Shown: positions 1 to 12,627 of the stretch, piece after piece
Layout: each line of letters opens with the position of its first letter
Position numbering within the stretch: position 1 is the stretch's first letter
The notes under the pieces: model-generated
What the model was told of the DNA's origin: nothing
Databases searched by the model: none
What the model saw: the letters and a program-made list of their open reading frames with translations, nothing else
DNA from: Octopus vulgaris
Taxonomy: Eukaryota
Assembly (NCBI GenBank): GCA_951406725.2
Contig: OX597829.1
Span: 37,882,001 to 37,946,000, forward strand
Direction of reading: 5' to 3'
Length of the DNA stretch: 64,000 nt
Program-made: the position numbers and the translations under genes

Positions 1-339
1 TGGGGGATAAAATTCCCAATACGGTTGCTTTGCAAGTATGGTGTTGATAAGCATACGACTTTCTCTGTCAGATGGACAATATCGCCAAAATCACGTTTCA
101 TCTGTCGAAATGCAGTAGTAATAAGTAGTAGTTTCATTTATTTTCTTAATATCACCTCCACTCTTTAAAAAACGAATTTTTTTATGAGTCCTCATTTGAC
201 AAAATGGATATGCAGATAAAATAAAGCATCTTCAAGAAGAAAAATAAGGGGAAACTAAATTATAACTGCCATTCAACATCTCGACATCATTTGAATTAAC
301 CCAGTTAAAATACCGTTATACATTGAACCATCATCTTTT

Positions 340-530
340 AACCTGCTAAGAAATAGCAACTAATTCTCCCTCTTATTCATATTCTATTATTTTTAAATGA
401 ACAAGGACTTTATGAAATACTACTAAATTATACCACTTCTGAAAGCAATATGGGAAGATCAGATCTAGAATGCATTTGGTCATAGCTACTGATACATCAG
501 CCCTGACCTGGGGCTAAACAAACAAACACC
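340..530. repeat. Old dispersed repeat family ('family D'), probably a decayed SINE/LINE tail
   Basis: Motifs 'cctgctagaaatagcagc' ... 'ccctgacctggggctaaacaa' recur in degenerate form, in either orientation, near 20745-20935, 21400-21900, 30435-30655, 34270-34380, 55855-56110 and 62695-62862. Confidence 0.55.
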
Positions 531-789
531 AACGACCGTTATACAACTATCTGTATAGAGATAAAAATATTGCCATTGATTTTTTTTTTTTTTTTTTTGC
601 TTCTGTGTGACTGAGTGAATTCGTTTACATGTCAACAGGTGAAATTCATACTTCTTTCTGGAAGTCTGATCAGAACATGTAATGAAGATGAACTGAATTT
701 TATTTTAAAAAAAAAAATGGAAAAATTGCATTAAATAAAACTAAAAACATTGTAACTAAATTAAAGTGTTCACGAAGTAAACATGTTCG

Positions 790-825
<36 letters not shown>

Positions 826-1011
826 CAACAAACTGTTATGTACATGTCAGAACTATGACTAAGTTCCAAACTATAGCATTTGAGATACCTGAAGGAAAGT
901 TAATGCAAACAGTCACCTGTACTTTGCAAACAAAAGTGAAAGATGGGAGCAAGTGAAGAAAAGAGAAGCGGTTATTTCACATATATTCAAACAAAAATTA
1001 CACACACACAA

Positions 1012-1046
<35 letters not shown>

Positions 1047-1777
1047 AAAATCGATATATTCACTTTGCTAGAGTACTTTGGATATAATCAATTACGTTTC
1101 CCGAAATTATTTTGCTTGTTTTATTTCTTTCTTTTTACTTTTATGAAAACCACTTCGCTCAGTCACACCTCCAATTAAAGAAATATACTTTTTCCTGATG
1201 GTGGTGGTGATGATAGTGGTGGAGTGTAGTATGAGGAGAGGGCGGGAGTAGAATAACAAAACAAAAATATTTTGATGTATGGTTATGACAGGATTCGTAA
1301 ATAAATAAATATATATATATGTGTGTGTGTACACACACATATATATATGTGTATACACACACACATATATATATGTGTGTGTGTATGTATATATGTATTG
1401 TAAGTGTTCAAACAAATAATATTATACAGATGCACACAGATAGAGTATAAGGGTCTTAGTTTGGGGGTTTTTTTTAATGTAATTACAGTGATCACAGGTA
1501 TTAACTAATTATTGCAGCTGTCATTGTAGGCACCACAGATCAATATCATTAAGATTTTTAAAAATGAGAAAGTTTAGATTTAGTAATGTAAATCTGTAAC
1601 ATAAATCTCTGACAACTATAGGAAAGAATATTTTTGTTTCAATAACTGTTAGATGAGAGCTCACAAATTAAAAAATAAAGTGTGAGTGGAGGGGGAAGCA
1701 GTTTACAAAAATATCGAAATAACTATTTGAAGGTCGATATAGTGAAAGAAAAGCTAAGTCTTATGAATGTACTTTAA

Positions 1778-1825
<48 letters not shown>

Positions 1826-2177
1826 TATATACACACATGTAAAAATTCTGGTGCATCTAACTTAAGTACCATATTCATTTGAATCTAAATTTTGCTGAAC
1901 TTATATATATATCTTTATATATATATATATGTGTATGTATGTATGTATGTATGTATATATAAGTAATGTGCAGAAAGTATTAAACGAGTTGTTTTACCGA
2001 ATCGTATTGAACTATCAAACTCAAATAGAACCAAGTTACTTAAATCAGAAATCAAAACAAGAAAAAAAAAATGCAATAACAAATAAATGTAAAGTCGAGA
2101 TTCAGGAAATATAGTCAAAATAACATAATAAATCTTCATTACTTTAGAAAGATGGAAAAAAAAGGTAACGTTAGGGA

Positions 2178-2229
<52 letters not shown>

Positions 2230-2404
2230 GATTGTAGGTATATAAATAAAATTGTTTGTGTGAACAAGTAGTGATCAACAAAGATTTATCTGAGAACTGA
2301 GCCAAGAATTGGTTCTTGCTATTTCCAAGAAAGTAAAACACAAATTGATACAAAAAAGGGAAGATAGATATAATAAAAAAATAGATACATTATAACGTTG
2401 CACA

Positions 2405-2860
2405 AGGTAAAACTCACCTGAAAGTCACTAGACTTGCCGTGTAGCGTGTCACCAAAACAAAAATGGCGTCCCAATACCAGCACACACTTTGATTCGTCCA
2501 ACAAGTTTGATTACAGGTGGGTAATTACAGGTAAGTAATGACTCAATGTTTAAAAACAGACTAAAAGACGAAGGAAGAGAGGGAGAAGGAGGAGAATTAA
2601 AAAATTTCTAATCGTCCTCAAAAGAAGTTTTAATGTGGAAAAAGAAAAAAAGAAATTGAAGGAAATATTTACAAGCTAAATAAAGTAGTTTGTTTTGTTT
2701 GTCATTTCCTCTATAAAGCTTTTTATCATCGCTTCTTTCCTTTCCTTTCTTTATGACTAAATGAAAATAATTTTGTGTAAGTATATTTAGTTGAGGGCTG
2801 GACTTCACTCGGCCACTACCGTGCACGTGTTTCACATGCGCGCGCACTACACCTTTTCAT
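2405..2860. promoter_or_regulatory. Candidate promoter / first-exon region
   Basis: Non-repetitive and CpG-retaining. YY1-like AAAATGGCG (~2459), E-box CACGTG (~2824), NRF1-like TGCGCGCGCA (~2837), plus-strand donor CAG|GTAAGT (~2530) and minus-strand donor CAG|GTGAGT (~2417). Confidence 0.35.
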
Positions 2861-3059
2861 CCTTTCTTTTTGTTTATTTATTTCATTTTTGACATTCTCA
2901 AACGTATTAGTATATTAGATATGAGTAGGGTGTGAGTCCAGCATTACTATTATTGAGATTACTCTCTCTCTCTCTTTTTCTCTGTCTTTCTCCTTGTCTC
3001 ATTCACTTTTTGACACAAACACATGTTATCTTAATGTTTTGTTCCGATTTTTTTTTTAA

Positions 3060-3480
3060 ATTGCCTTTCATACATTCTTTTGGGGATCAATAAAATAAAG
3101 TACTAGTTAAGTATTAGGATCGATGGTATCGACTCCCTCCCTCAAAACTGCTTTAATTAGAAACAACTTCGTTTTACCTTTCATCCTTTTGGGGTCATCC
3201 TTTTGGGGGTCGATTAAATAAGTACCAGTAACGCACTGGGGTCGATATAATCAACTTAATCTGTTTGTCTGTCCTTGTTTGTCCTCTCTATGTTTGGCCC
3301 CTTGTGGGTAGTAAAGAAATAGGTATTGACTCCCTCTCTCAAAACTGCTTTAATTAGAAACAACTTCGTTTTACCTTACATCTTTTCGGGGTCGATAAAA
3401 TAAGTCTCACTTGAGCACTAGGGTCAATGTAAAGCGATTAACTTAATCCCTAAAATTACTGGCCTTGTATCAAAATTTGT
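3060..3480 (+). mobile_element. Cluster of partial SINE-A copies
   Basis: Central domain 'cctttcatcctttcggggtcgat.aaataagtacc' occurs three times; tail 'gccccttgtgggtagtaaagaaata' at ~3297-3321. Confidence 0.75.
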
Positions 3481-4489
3481 AACTATTTTTGCTATAATAA
3501 CTTTATATATATTTTTTTTTCCGTACCTTTTTTTTTACATAATCAATTCTGCGTAACCCCTTCTCTTACCCTTTTTCTAATTTGTCCTTGCATTGCCTCC
3601 ATTCATGCTTCGCCCTCGTAACAGAGTAAAGAAATAACAATTACTATTATTTGCCCTAGGTAACATCCCCGCCCCCATCTCATACATACACTATTGAGAA
3701 TTATCATTCCATTCCGTTTGTGTATTAATTTTTTTTTCTTTTTGTTTGTGAGTTTTTCTTTCCATATTTGATTCCACATAACCCTTTTCCCACCAAGTGT
3801 TTTTGTTTTAATTAGTCCATGTTATGGCCTCTCATTCGATGACCTTGTGGCAAATAGATTATTATTATCATCATCATCATCATTGTTGTTGATATTTTGT
3901 GTATGTATGTATGTATGTATGTTTAAATTATTAGAGGCCAATATTTTAAGCAGATACAACTCAACTGACAAACTTGTAAAACTTTTCCTAGATATCAATA
4001 TCTGTCTTGAATTATAATCCCCTCCCGTTCTAATTTGTCTATTTTTATATCACTGCCTAATCCCCTCTCACAGCCTACTCGCCTTTTGCTTTCTAAATTA
4101 CTCACTTTGAGTCGTATTGTCAACACTGTAAACGAAGTGTTGGGTAGGCATTATTTCTCTGATATTAAACAATTAAATCAAAGAATATTTTTTATTACTT
4201 TTCTTTCTTTTTTTTCTTTGATACTAGATTGGAGAGATTAAAACCTAACGTCTGTTTTGTTTTTTCTTGATTTAGTTGATACATTCATTACTAAAGTTTC
4301 AGTTGAACTTGTCTGTAAATTTATTTAGTCATGATGATCTTTCGAACTTTGTACATATATGGCGAACAAAAGGAAACAAAATTGCACTGTTTATAAAAAA
4401 AAAAGATTTAAAAAATTGTTCACAATCAAGAAAAAGATAATAATGACACGAAATGTCAATTACGGTCAGTTTGGTTTCGTTTATCTTTT

Positions 4490-5341
4490 GCTCGCTTCTG
4501 TCATTGCCTGCGGTCATGTTGGAGCACTACCTTGAAGTGTTTTAATGGAACGAATCGACCCCCAGTACTTATTTGTAAGTCGGGTACTTATTCTAACGGT
4601 TCGTTTTGCCGAACCGCTATTCCTGTTTGTTTTTTTTCACTTTTGAATTAGTGAAGTTTCACTTTATCCGCATTGTTCTATGTACTAAGTTCGAAAGATA
4701 ACTTCATTCATTTTATTTAAATTTCGATACTTATTGATAAATAAATAAGCATTTTATTTTCGGCTATTATTTTGTTCCTGTTAATGCACATCTAATTCTT
4801 TATCGTTTGCATGTTTCACTCAACGGACTGCGGCCATGTTGGTGCACCTTTTTGAAAGAGTTTTAGGCGAACAAATCAACACCAGTACTTGTATATTTGT
4901 TTACAACTGTGGTATTTATCCTTATGGTCTCTTTGGTGACGCACCGCTAAGTTACAGGAAGATAAGCAAACCAATACTGATTGTCAAGCAATGGTAAGAC
5001 ATATGCACGTACACATATATATATATATGTACCAAATTCACTTACAAGCATTGGTCTGTCTGAAACTCTAGTAGAAGACACTTGCCCAAGATGCTGTGCA
5101 TAAACAAGCTTTTCTTTTTTGTTTATTCTTTTACTTGTTTCAGTCATTTGACTGCGGCCATGCTGGAGCACCGCCTTTAGTCGAGCAAATCGACCCCAGG
5201 ACTTATTCTTTGTAAGCCTAGTACTTATTCTATCGGGGTTTTTTTTTGCCGAACCGCTAAGTTACGGGGACGCAAACACACCAGCATCGGTTGTCGAGCG
5301 ATGTTAGGGGGGGAGGCAAACACAGACACACGCACGCACAT

Positions 5342-5412
<71 letters not shown>

Positions 5413-5725
5413 CATACATACATACAACTTGCTTTGTGGCACCTTGGGAAAGTGTCTTCTACTATAGCCTCGGGCCGACCAAGGTCTTGTGAGTGGATTT
5501 GGTTGACGGAAACTGAAAGAAGCCTGTCGTATATGTGTGTGTGTATATATATATACACACACACACACATATACGTATATATATATACGTGTGTATGTGT
5601 GTGTGTCTCTGTTTGTCCCCCCATGATCGCTTGACAACCGATGCTGGTGTATTTACATCCCCGTAACTTAGTCAACCGATGTTGGGGGGACAAACACAGA
5701 CACACAAACATATACACATGCATAG

Positions 5726-5772
<47 letters not shown>

Positions 5773-5955
5773 CAATATATATACATATATACGACGGGCT
5801 TCTTTCAGTTTCCGTTAACCAAATCCACTCTCAAGGTTGTGGTCGGCCCGAGGCTATAGTAGAAGACACTTGCCCAAGGTGACACGCAGTAGGACTGAAC
5901 TCGGAACTATGTGGTTGGTAAGCAAGCTACTTACCACACACCCACTCCTGCACCT
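4490..5955. mobile_element. Cluster of SINE-B copies (tRNA head + CORE-like domain + internal microsatellite), including a nested inversion
   Basis: Diagnostic 'tacttgtttcagtcatttgactgcggccatgctggagcacc' tail and 'ggcaccttgggcaagtgtcttctactatagcctcggg' CORE-like segment. Minus-strand pieces flank a plus-strand piece at ~5428-5670. Confidence 0.85.
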
Positions 5956-6462
5956 AATATTCAGTACTGTGGATAATTTATTTAGTTCAGCTAATTAATG
6001 TTATTTTACTTGTTTTATTTTATTTCTCTTGTTTGTTTGTTTTCTTTTTTCCTTTTTTTTTTGTCCCAGAGATAATCAAATTTAGTAAAGATAAAATGAG
6101 GGGGAAAAAAAGGGAAGATTTGCTACATGCTGAAAGTTTAGTTTATAACTTTGAACATGGAAAGTGGATATGTCCACTCAAAATGTTATTACTATTAATT
6201 GTGGAGGTCAGTTTTACCTCATGGAAAACTAACTGTATGTTGTAACAAGTAGCAACACCCAACAATGACATTTTTTACAAAAGACAATGTCACAGATTTT
6301 TATAATTTTTTCACACATTTCATAAAATATCTCAGTGCAAACTGTACCTACAAGAGACATTGAGAAAGTATTGCTGAAGCAGAAAATATCATTTCTATTT
6401 TGGGGTGAATAATTAACATCATTACAGGAATGACCATGAAATTTATTACGCCATCAAAGGAT

Positions 6463-7060
6463 TCATCGTCGCCGTCGTTTAACGTCCGCTTTCCATGCTG
6501 GCATGGGTTGAACAGTTTGACTGAGGACTGGCGAGCCAGAAGGTTGCACCAGGGTCCAATCTGATCTGGTAAAGTTTCTACAGTTGGATGCCCTTCCTAA
6601 TGCCAACCACTCCGATAGTGTTGTGGGTATTTTTACATGCCACCGGCATGAGGGCCAGTCAGGCAGTACTGGCAACAACCACACTCAAAAGGTGTTTTCT
6701 ATGTGCCACCTGCATGGGAGCCAGTCCGGCAACACTAGCAATGACCATGCTCAAATGTTGTTTTTCATGTGCCAGTAAGGCGACGCTGGCAACAATCTTG
6801 CTCGAATGGTGCTTTTTACGTGTCACCGGCATGGGAGCCAGTCAGTGACCCTGGCAACAATCATGCTCAGATGTTGCTTTTAATGTTCCACTGGATTGAG
6901 TGCCAATCAGGCGGTACTGTCATTGGCCATGTCAGTGATTTTGATTTCACTTGCCTCAACAGGTCTTAGCAAGCAAAGTTTATTGTCCAATGAATGAAGT
7001 GTACTCGTAAAGTGGTTATACACCACTGGAATAGGCCAAAGGTCTCGGTCACTAGTCATT
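6463..7060 (-). mobile_element. RTE-LINE 3' UTR-derived repeat ('family C')
   Basis: Reverse of 'aggaagggcatccagctgtagaaac...catggaaagcggacgttaaacgatgatg'. The same sequence follows RTE coding DNA at 15677-16310. Confidence 0.75.
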
Positions 7061-7264
7061 GCCTTGGAGACAAATCAATGTAACTTCACTGTTGGCAGAA
7101 GAGATATTCTTTCAGGAATATGAATGATAATAAATTCTTGATAAATGGGGGTTAGGTTGGGAATTGTCTGAGGAGACAGTGGTAGCTGGTTTATGCCAGT
7201 AAAAGTTATTTAGTAATGATTGCAAATTTAGAAGAGTTTGTATGAAAAGATGTGAGTATTGACA

Positions 7265-7604
7265 TCTCTATATATATAAACAGCAAAATGTCTGTCTGTG
7301 TGTGTGTGCATGTCCTTTATACAAATCCACAATTTTTCAGATAGAAGGCTCGCACTTTCTATGGTTATTCAAAACCGCCCAAGGGTGGTTGTGCACATCT
7401 TTACATTTCCCCAGTCACCCTGCAAAGCCATTAAAAAAATCAATAGAAGTGACTTTTTTGTGAATTTTCTATCCAAAACCCAATCAAAATGCCCGAAACT
7501 TGATACGCCAATTGAAAGCTTGCTAGCTGTATGTGATTAGTTGGAGACTTGGACAGTACTCGTGTGTATGTGCGCACGCACGCAGCTGTATATGCATGTG
7601 CTAG
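7265..7604 (+). mobile_element. Probable non-autonomous Helitron
   Basis: Starts A|TCTCTATATATATAAA and ends CTAG|T with no TSD. The subterminal hairpin is not clear. Confidence 0.5.
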
Positions 7605-7943
7605 TTTTAAATAAAGTCCTTCATTAGCAGGTAAAAAGAAAATATTTTGAATATGTATGTATATGCTGCCATGAATGTGTGTGTATGTGTATGCAAGCGT
7701 ACATGCATGTTTGAAGACTATGCTATAAGGAAATGGGGAGATAAAAGGACTATGTTAGATGAAACAGTAGTAAAAGTTGGAATTAACTAGTCAAAAAAGT
7801 ATTAAAAGGATCCAAGAGTTTGAGTAAAGAAACAAAAATGGAATTAAAGGGACAGTGATGAGTAATATAGACTGAGAAAAAAAAACATGAGTCCCAATGC
7901 AGTTATTCATTTAACTGGAAGTAACAACCAAACTAACTCTCTT

Positions 7944-8146
7944 TAACCCTTTGGCATTTAAACCAGCCATATCTACCTGTTTTATGTTCAGACTGGCCAT
8001 ATTTGGCCTCTTATACCTAACCTATAATGTCGTTCTAAATCTAAATGATCACATCATCAAAATCTCAAAGGTACAAGATAATACATGATTAATTAAAAAG
8101 AATGTGAATAAAAAGCATTATATTAGGCAGAATCCTAAAGAATTAA
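7944..8146. mobile_element. Decayed piggyBac-type MITE
   Basis: TTAA-CCCTTTGGCATT at the left end; degenerate 'aatcctaaagaa-TTAA' at the right end. Confidence 0.4.
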
Positions 8147-8253
8147 GTTAGACTTTGAAAAAGAACAACACATTGGGTAATATGTTACACACACACACTC
8201 ACACACACAAATAAGTAGATAGAAAAGTATATAATTTTACGAGAGTTTTTTCT

Positions 8254-8468
8254 TATTTCTTTACTGCCCACAAGGGGCAACACACAGAGGGGACAGACAA
8301 ATGGATTAAGTCGATTACATCGACCCCAGTGCATAACTGGTACTTATTTAATCGACCCCGAAAGGATGAAAGGTAAAGTCGACCCCGGCAGAATTTGAAC
8401 TCAGAACGCAGCGGCGGACGAAATACCGTTAAGCATTCTGCCCGGCGTGCTAACAATTCTGACAGCTC
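8254..8468 (-). mobile_element. SINE-A, near full length
   Basis: Reverse strand reads gagctg.cagaa.tgttagcacgccgggc...gagttcaaattc (A/B boxes), followed by the central domain and tail. Confidence 0.85.
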
Positions 8469-8787
8469 AGCAACAAAAACATGTGCATCGGCTCTTGTTT
8501 AATTTTTAGCAAACTGGCAAAATCTGAACAAAATACTTTGTGGCATTTTTTGCAACTCTTTATGTTCTGAATTCAAATGCTGCCAAGGTTAAGTTTACCT
8601 TTCATCATTTCAGTATTGATAAAACTGAGTATTGGTGAGTGGGTGGGGTTGGGGGGGTCAATGTAATCAACTTACTCGTCCCTTTAAAATTGCTAGCATT
8701 GTACCAAGCTTAGAAAGAGCAAAAGGAACTTGTGGAAGAGGTAGACCCAGGAAGACATAGGATGAGGTGGTGGAATACAATCTTTGT

Positions 8788-9065
8788 GGAAGCACATGGC
8801 CTAGTGGTTAGAGCACTGAACTCGCTGTCAAAGGATCACGGGTTTGAATCTCAGCAAAACACCTAAGCTCCACACGGCTCCGGCATAAGGTAATGGTGAA
8901 CTTCTGCTGACTCTTTCACCACAACTTTCTCTCACTCTTTCCTCCTGCATCTTGCAGCTCGCTTGCGACGGACCGGCGTCCCATCCAGGTGGGGAACCTA
9001 TATGCCAAGGAAACCGGGAAACCGGCCCTTATGAGCCAGGCAAGGCTCAAGAAGGAAAACAAACA
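8788..9065 (+). mobile_element. tRNA(Arg)-like SINE with V-domain-like 3' part
   Basis: Head 'tggcctagtggttagagc..actcgc..gggtttgaatc'; 3' part 'gcgacggaccggcgtcccatccagg...ggctcaagaaggaaaacaaac'. Confidence 0.7.
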
Positions 9066-9582
9066 AAATACAATCTTTGGATGTTGAGGCGATTGCAAGT
9101 GACCGAGACTGTTGGTGATTTTCTGTGCTTGAGAAGACACGTCAAGCTTAGTGGAATCATAGTCATGGCCGATGCTGTTAACATGTAAAAAGGCAGCCAT
9201 GCCAGTGACAAATAAAATGGCAACTGTGCCAGTGACACGTTAAAGGCACTCATGCCAGTGAAATGTGAAAGGTACCTGATACACTGTGGAGCAGTGTATC
9301 AGGAAGAGCATCCAGCCATAGAAATCAAGCCAAAACAGACTGGAGCCTGGGGCTGCTCTCCAGCTTATCAGTTGCAGTCTGTCTAGCCCATGCCAGCATG
9401 GATAAACAGATGCTAAATGATGGTGATGATGAAGATCATGATGATTATTGCACTGGAGTCAATGTAATCAGCTATCTCTCCATAAAATTAATGGCCTTGA
9501 GCCCAAACACGAATCAATTATTAGGAATTCAAATGCTGCTGAAGGCAACTTTGCCTTTCTCATAGGGTGAAAGGCAAAGCTG

Positions 9583-10003
9583 GGATCTTTTCGGTTTGAA
9601 CAGCAGTTTTTTCTAGCGGTGTCATATGAAATTGTCACCCATAATTATGGCTCTAGTATCGATCTATTGCATTTCAATCTATTTTAGGGTTAGGGTTAGT
9701 TGGGGTTGGTTAGGGTTAGGGTGAGGGAAGGGTATCTTTTTTTCTTCACAAATGTAAAAACCCAATTCTTAAGCGAGGGACATATTCATATGGCACAGAA
9801 TGTTTTTTTTACCTCAATAGACGTATTTGATTGGTTGAAATTGAAGAAAAAAAACAACAAATATCTTACAAACTATAGAATTTTCTCAATAAAACCAAGA
9901 GAAAAAGATATTTTATAAACACATTCTACCAGTATACGAAGTTTAAAAGTGTTTAGTTACGTGGAAATTATGTTAAAAACTGCCGTTCAAAACGAAAAGA
10001 TCC
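9583..10003. mobile_element. MITE with ~27-bp GGATCT... TIRs and 8-bp TSD (Merlin- or hAT-like), containing TTAGGG repeats
   Basis: GGATCTTTTCGGTTTGAACAGCAGTTTT / AAAACTGCCGTTCAAAACGAAAAGATCC; TSD caaagctg (9575-9582) / taaagctg (10004-10011). Partial relatives at ~12293-12570 and ~63255-63459. Confidence 0.8.
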
Positions 10004-10070
10004 TAAAGCTGACCTCTTTTGAAATGGATACCGAATAATATGAAAAGGAAAAAGAAGAAAGAAATGTAAA

Positions 10071-10285
10071 GGCGGCGAGCTGGCAGAATCGTGAACATAC
10101 GCCTTACATCGCTTAGAAGCATTTTGTCCGTTTTTACTTTCTGTGTTCAAATTCCGCTAAGGTCGACTCTGCTTTTCATCCTTTCGTGGTTGATGACATA
10201 AGTACCCGTTGAGCACTGGAGTCGATGGAATAAGACTTACCTTTCCTCCCGAAATCACTGGTCTTATGCCAAAACTTGAAATCAG
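10071..10285 (+). mobile_element. SINE-A, alternative-tail variant
   Basis: ggcggcgagctggcagaa head, gttcaaattcc B box, central domain, tail 'ctggtcttatgccaaaacttgaaa'. Confidence 0.75.
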
Positions 10286-10768
10286 TATGAAAGAAGACGT
10301 TAAAATTCAGTATTTACGATTGATAAAACAAAGTCTATGAAAAAGTTAATTTTAAGAAAAGAAATTACATGGGACAATGAGAACAATAAAATTTCTACAA
10401 ATCCTTTTTTCTAACACTTTAAATGGGACGAGATAATGTGTGTGTGTATGGGATAAAATGTTTAAGACGATATATTTGTTAATAACTTGGAAGGGAACGA
10501 AGAACCGAAATGTTACGAAAACTTTAAATGAAACGTTAAACATGAAAGAAAGTTTAAGTTAAAAGACTACTTATTATTTAAATAATAATTAAAGAGAGCT
10601 ATAGATATGGAAATAGAGGAAAATATGTGGGAAAATACTTCAAGTTCATTCAAATTCGGTACCAAACATTTTTTCGTTTATTGACGTATACAAAAACAAC
10701 AGTGGCAGAAATCACGAAAAACTAAATGGATTAATGTTTAGTCATACAATGTCTTGTGCGTGTGTATA

Positions 10769-10806
<38 letters not shown>

Positions 10807-10963
10807 CCGAAATTACTACGATGATCCGGTTCTTGACTGAAGACTGAGGGTTTCGAATGTCCTGTCCGTGTTTATTGTATCGTCTTCTAAGAGTTATACG
10901 TTCTTGTCCATGTTGTATTTTTCTACATACCTTAATATATATATATATATATACATATATATA

Positions 10964-11469
10964 TCTATATATATAAAACTGTAGTTGTGTGAGTGGTCTG
11001 TCTCCTACGATTTAGATTCCTAACTACTCCCACTTTTTGCGGTGCAGTTTAACCAAATTCGGGTATCTTATAGTCGTGATTCATATCGAGCCCGTCTGAC
11101 TATTAGCGCGCGTCAACGATGAGTCTACGATTTTAAAAATAATTTAACATCATTTTTATTCCATTTTAATGCATAAAATGCATCGTGTGTCGATGGCGGC
11201 GGAGTTGGCGTCCACGCTCACAGCTGCACCTGTTTGCTTCTCCCCCTTCCCTCCCTCGTGAAGCTGTGGGGAAGGGAGTGTAAAGAAATCAACGTCGTAA
11301 TGCGTTGTGAAGGAAACCAGCGTTCTTTTAGAACAACGACTTCATGGCTTGAAGACACCAAAACAAAAATGGCTAAGAAAGCCCGAATTTATAAGGGAAG
11401 TAACTCTCTAAAAATGCTTATATAGTTATTTCCCTTACAAACCCGAGCAACGCCGGGCGATACTGCTAG
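10964..11469 (+). mobile_element. Non-autonomous Helitron, copy 1
   Basis: 5' A|TCTATATATATAAAA; 3' hairpin CCCGAGCAACGCCGGG followed by CGATACTG-CTAG; no TSD. Confidence 0.85.
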
Positions 11470-11985
11470 TATATATATATATAAAACTGTAGTTGTGTGA
11501 GTGTCTATCCCCTTCGATTTAGATTCCTAACTACTCCCACATTTTGCGGTGCAGTTTAACCAAATTTGGGTATCTTATAGTCGTGATTCATATCGAGCCC
11601 GTCTGAGTACTAGCGCGCGTCTACGATGAGTCTACGATTTTAAAAATAATTTAACATCATTTTTTATTCCATTTTAATGCATATTTTTTCGTGTGTCAAT
11701 GGGGGCGGAGTTGGCGTCCATGCTCACATCTGCACCTGTGTTGCTTCTCCCGCTTCTTCCCTCCCTCGTGAAGCTGTGGGGAAGGAAGTGTAAGGAAATC
11801 AACGTCGTAATGCGTTGTCAAGGAGACCAGCGTTCTTTTAGAACAACGACTTCATGGCTTGAAGACACCAAAACAGAAATGGCTAAGAAAGCCCGAATTG
11901 GCATCTATAAGGGAAGTAACTCTCTAAAAATGCTTATATAGTTATTTCCCTTACAAACCCGAGCAACGCCGGGCGATACTGCTAG
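11470..11985 (+). mobile_element. Non-autonomous Helitron, copy 2 (head-to-tail with copy 1)
   Basis: Closely similar to copy 1 along its whole length; identical 3' hairpin and CTAG|T end. Confidence 0.85.
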
Positions 11986-12627
11986 TATATATATATCTTC
12001 CTAGTTTCTTCATACCGATGGCTGGGATAGATTTAATATTTATACTAAACAGATGAGAATAAAAACAAAGATCTAGTCAAAAAGATGTCGGTCGTTGTTT
12101 ACATTCCTTGTTCTTCAACATTTCTGTGTCTTTTGACTTCAAAAAATGTCAGTTTCGATGTTGCTAGAGTGATGTCATTTGAAATGCTTATGGACTTCAG
12201 TTTCCCATACTTTTTTGTCTCAATTCCAACCATTTTGAGGATTGAGTTTAACTAATCTTTTTAATTAAAAAGAACATTTTTGGAGCTTATTAGGATCTTT
12301 TCGCTTTGACCGGCAGATTTTTAAAATAATTTCTTTGTAACTAAACACTTTTAAACTTCGTATACTGGTAGTGTGTTACATAAAAGATCGTTTTCTCTTG
12401 GCTTTCTTGAGAAAATTCTGTAGTTTGTAAGCTATTTGTTGTTTAATTTCTTGCATTTTGGCAATTTCAACCAATCAATGACGTCTATTGAGGTGAATAC
12501 AATTTCTGCCGTAGTGTGTCAACAACATTTTCTGGCGGTGTCATATCAATTTGTCACTGTTATTTATGACATTTTGTCCTCCCAACATCGCTTGACAACC
12601 GATGCTGGTGTGTTTACGTCCCCGTAA

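Noticed and set aside
9684-9727. Chromosome end or fusion site
   Set aside because: Only a few imperfect TTAGGG units, internal to a TIR element
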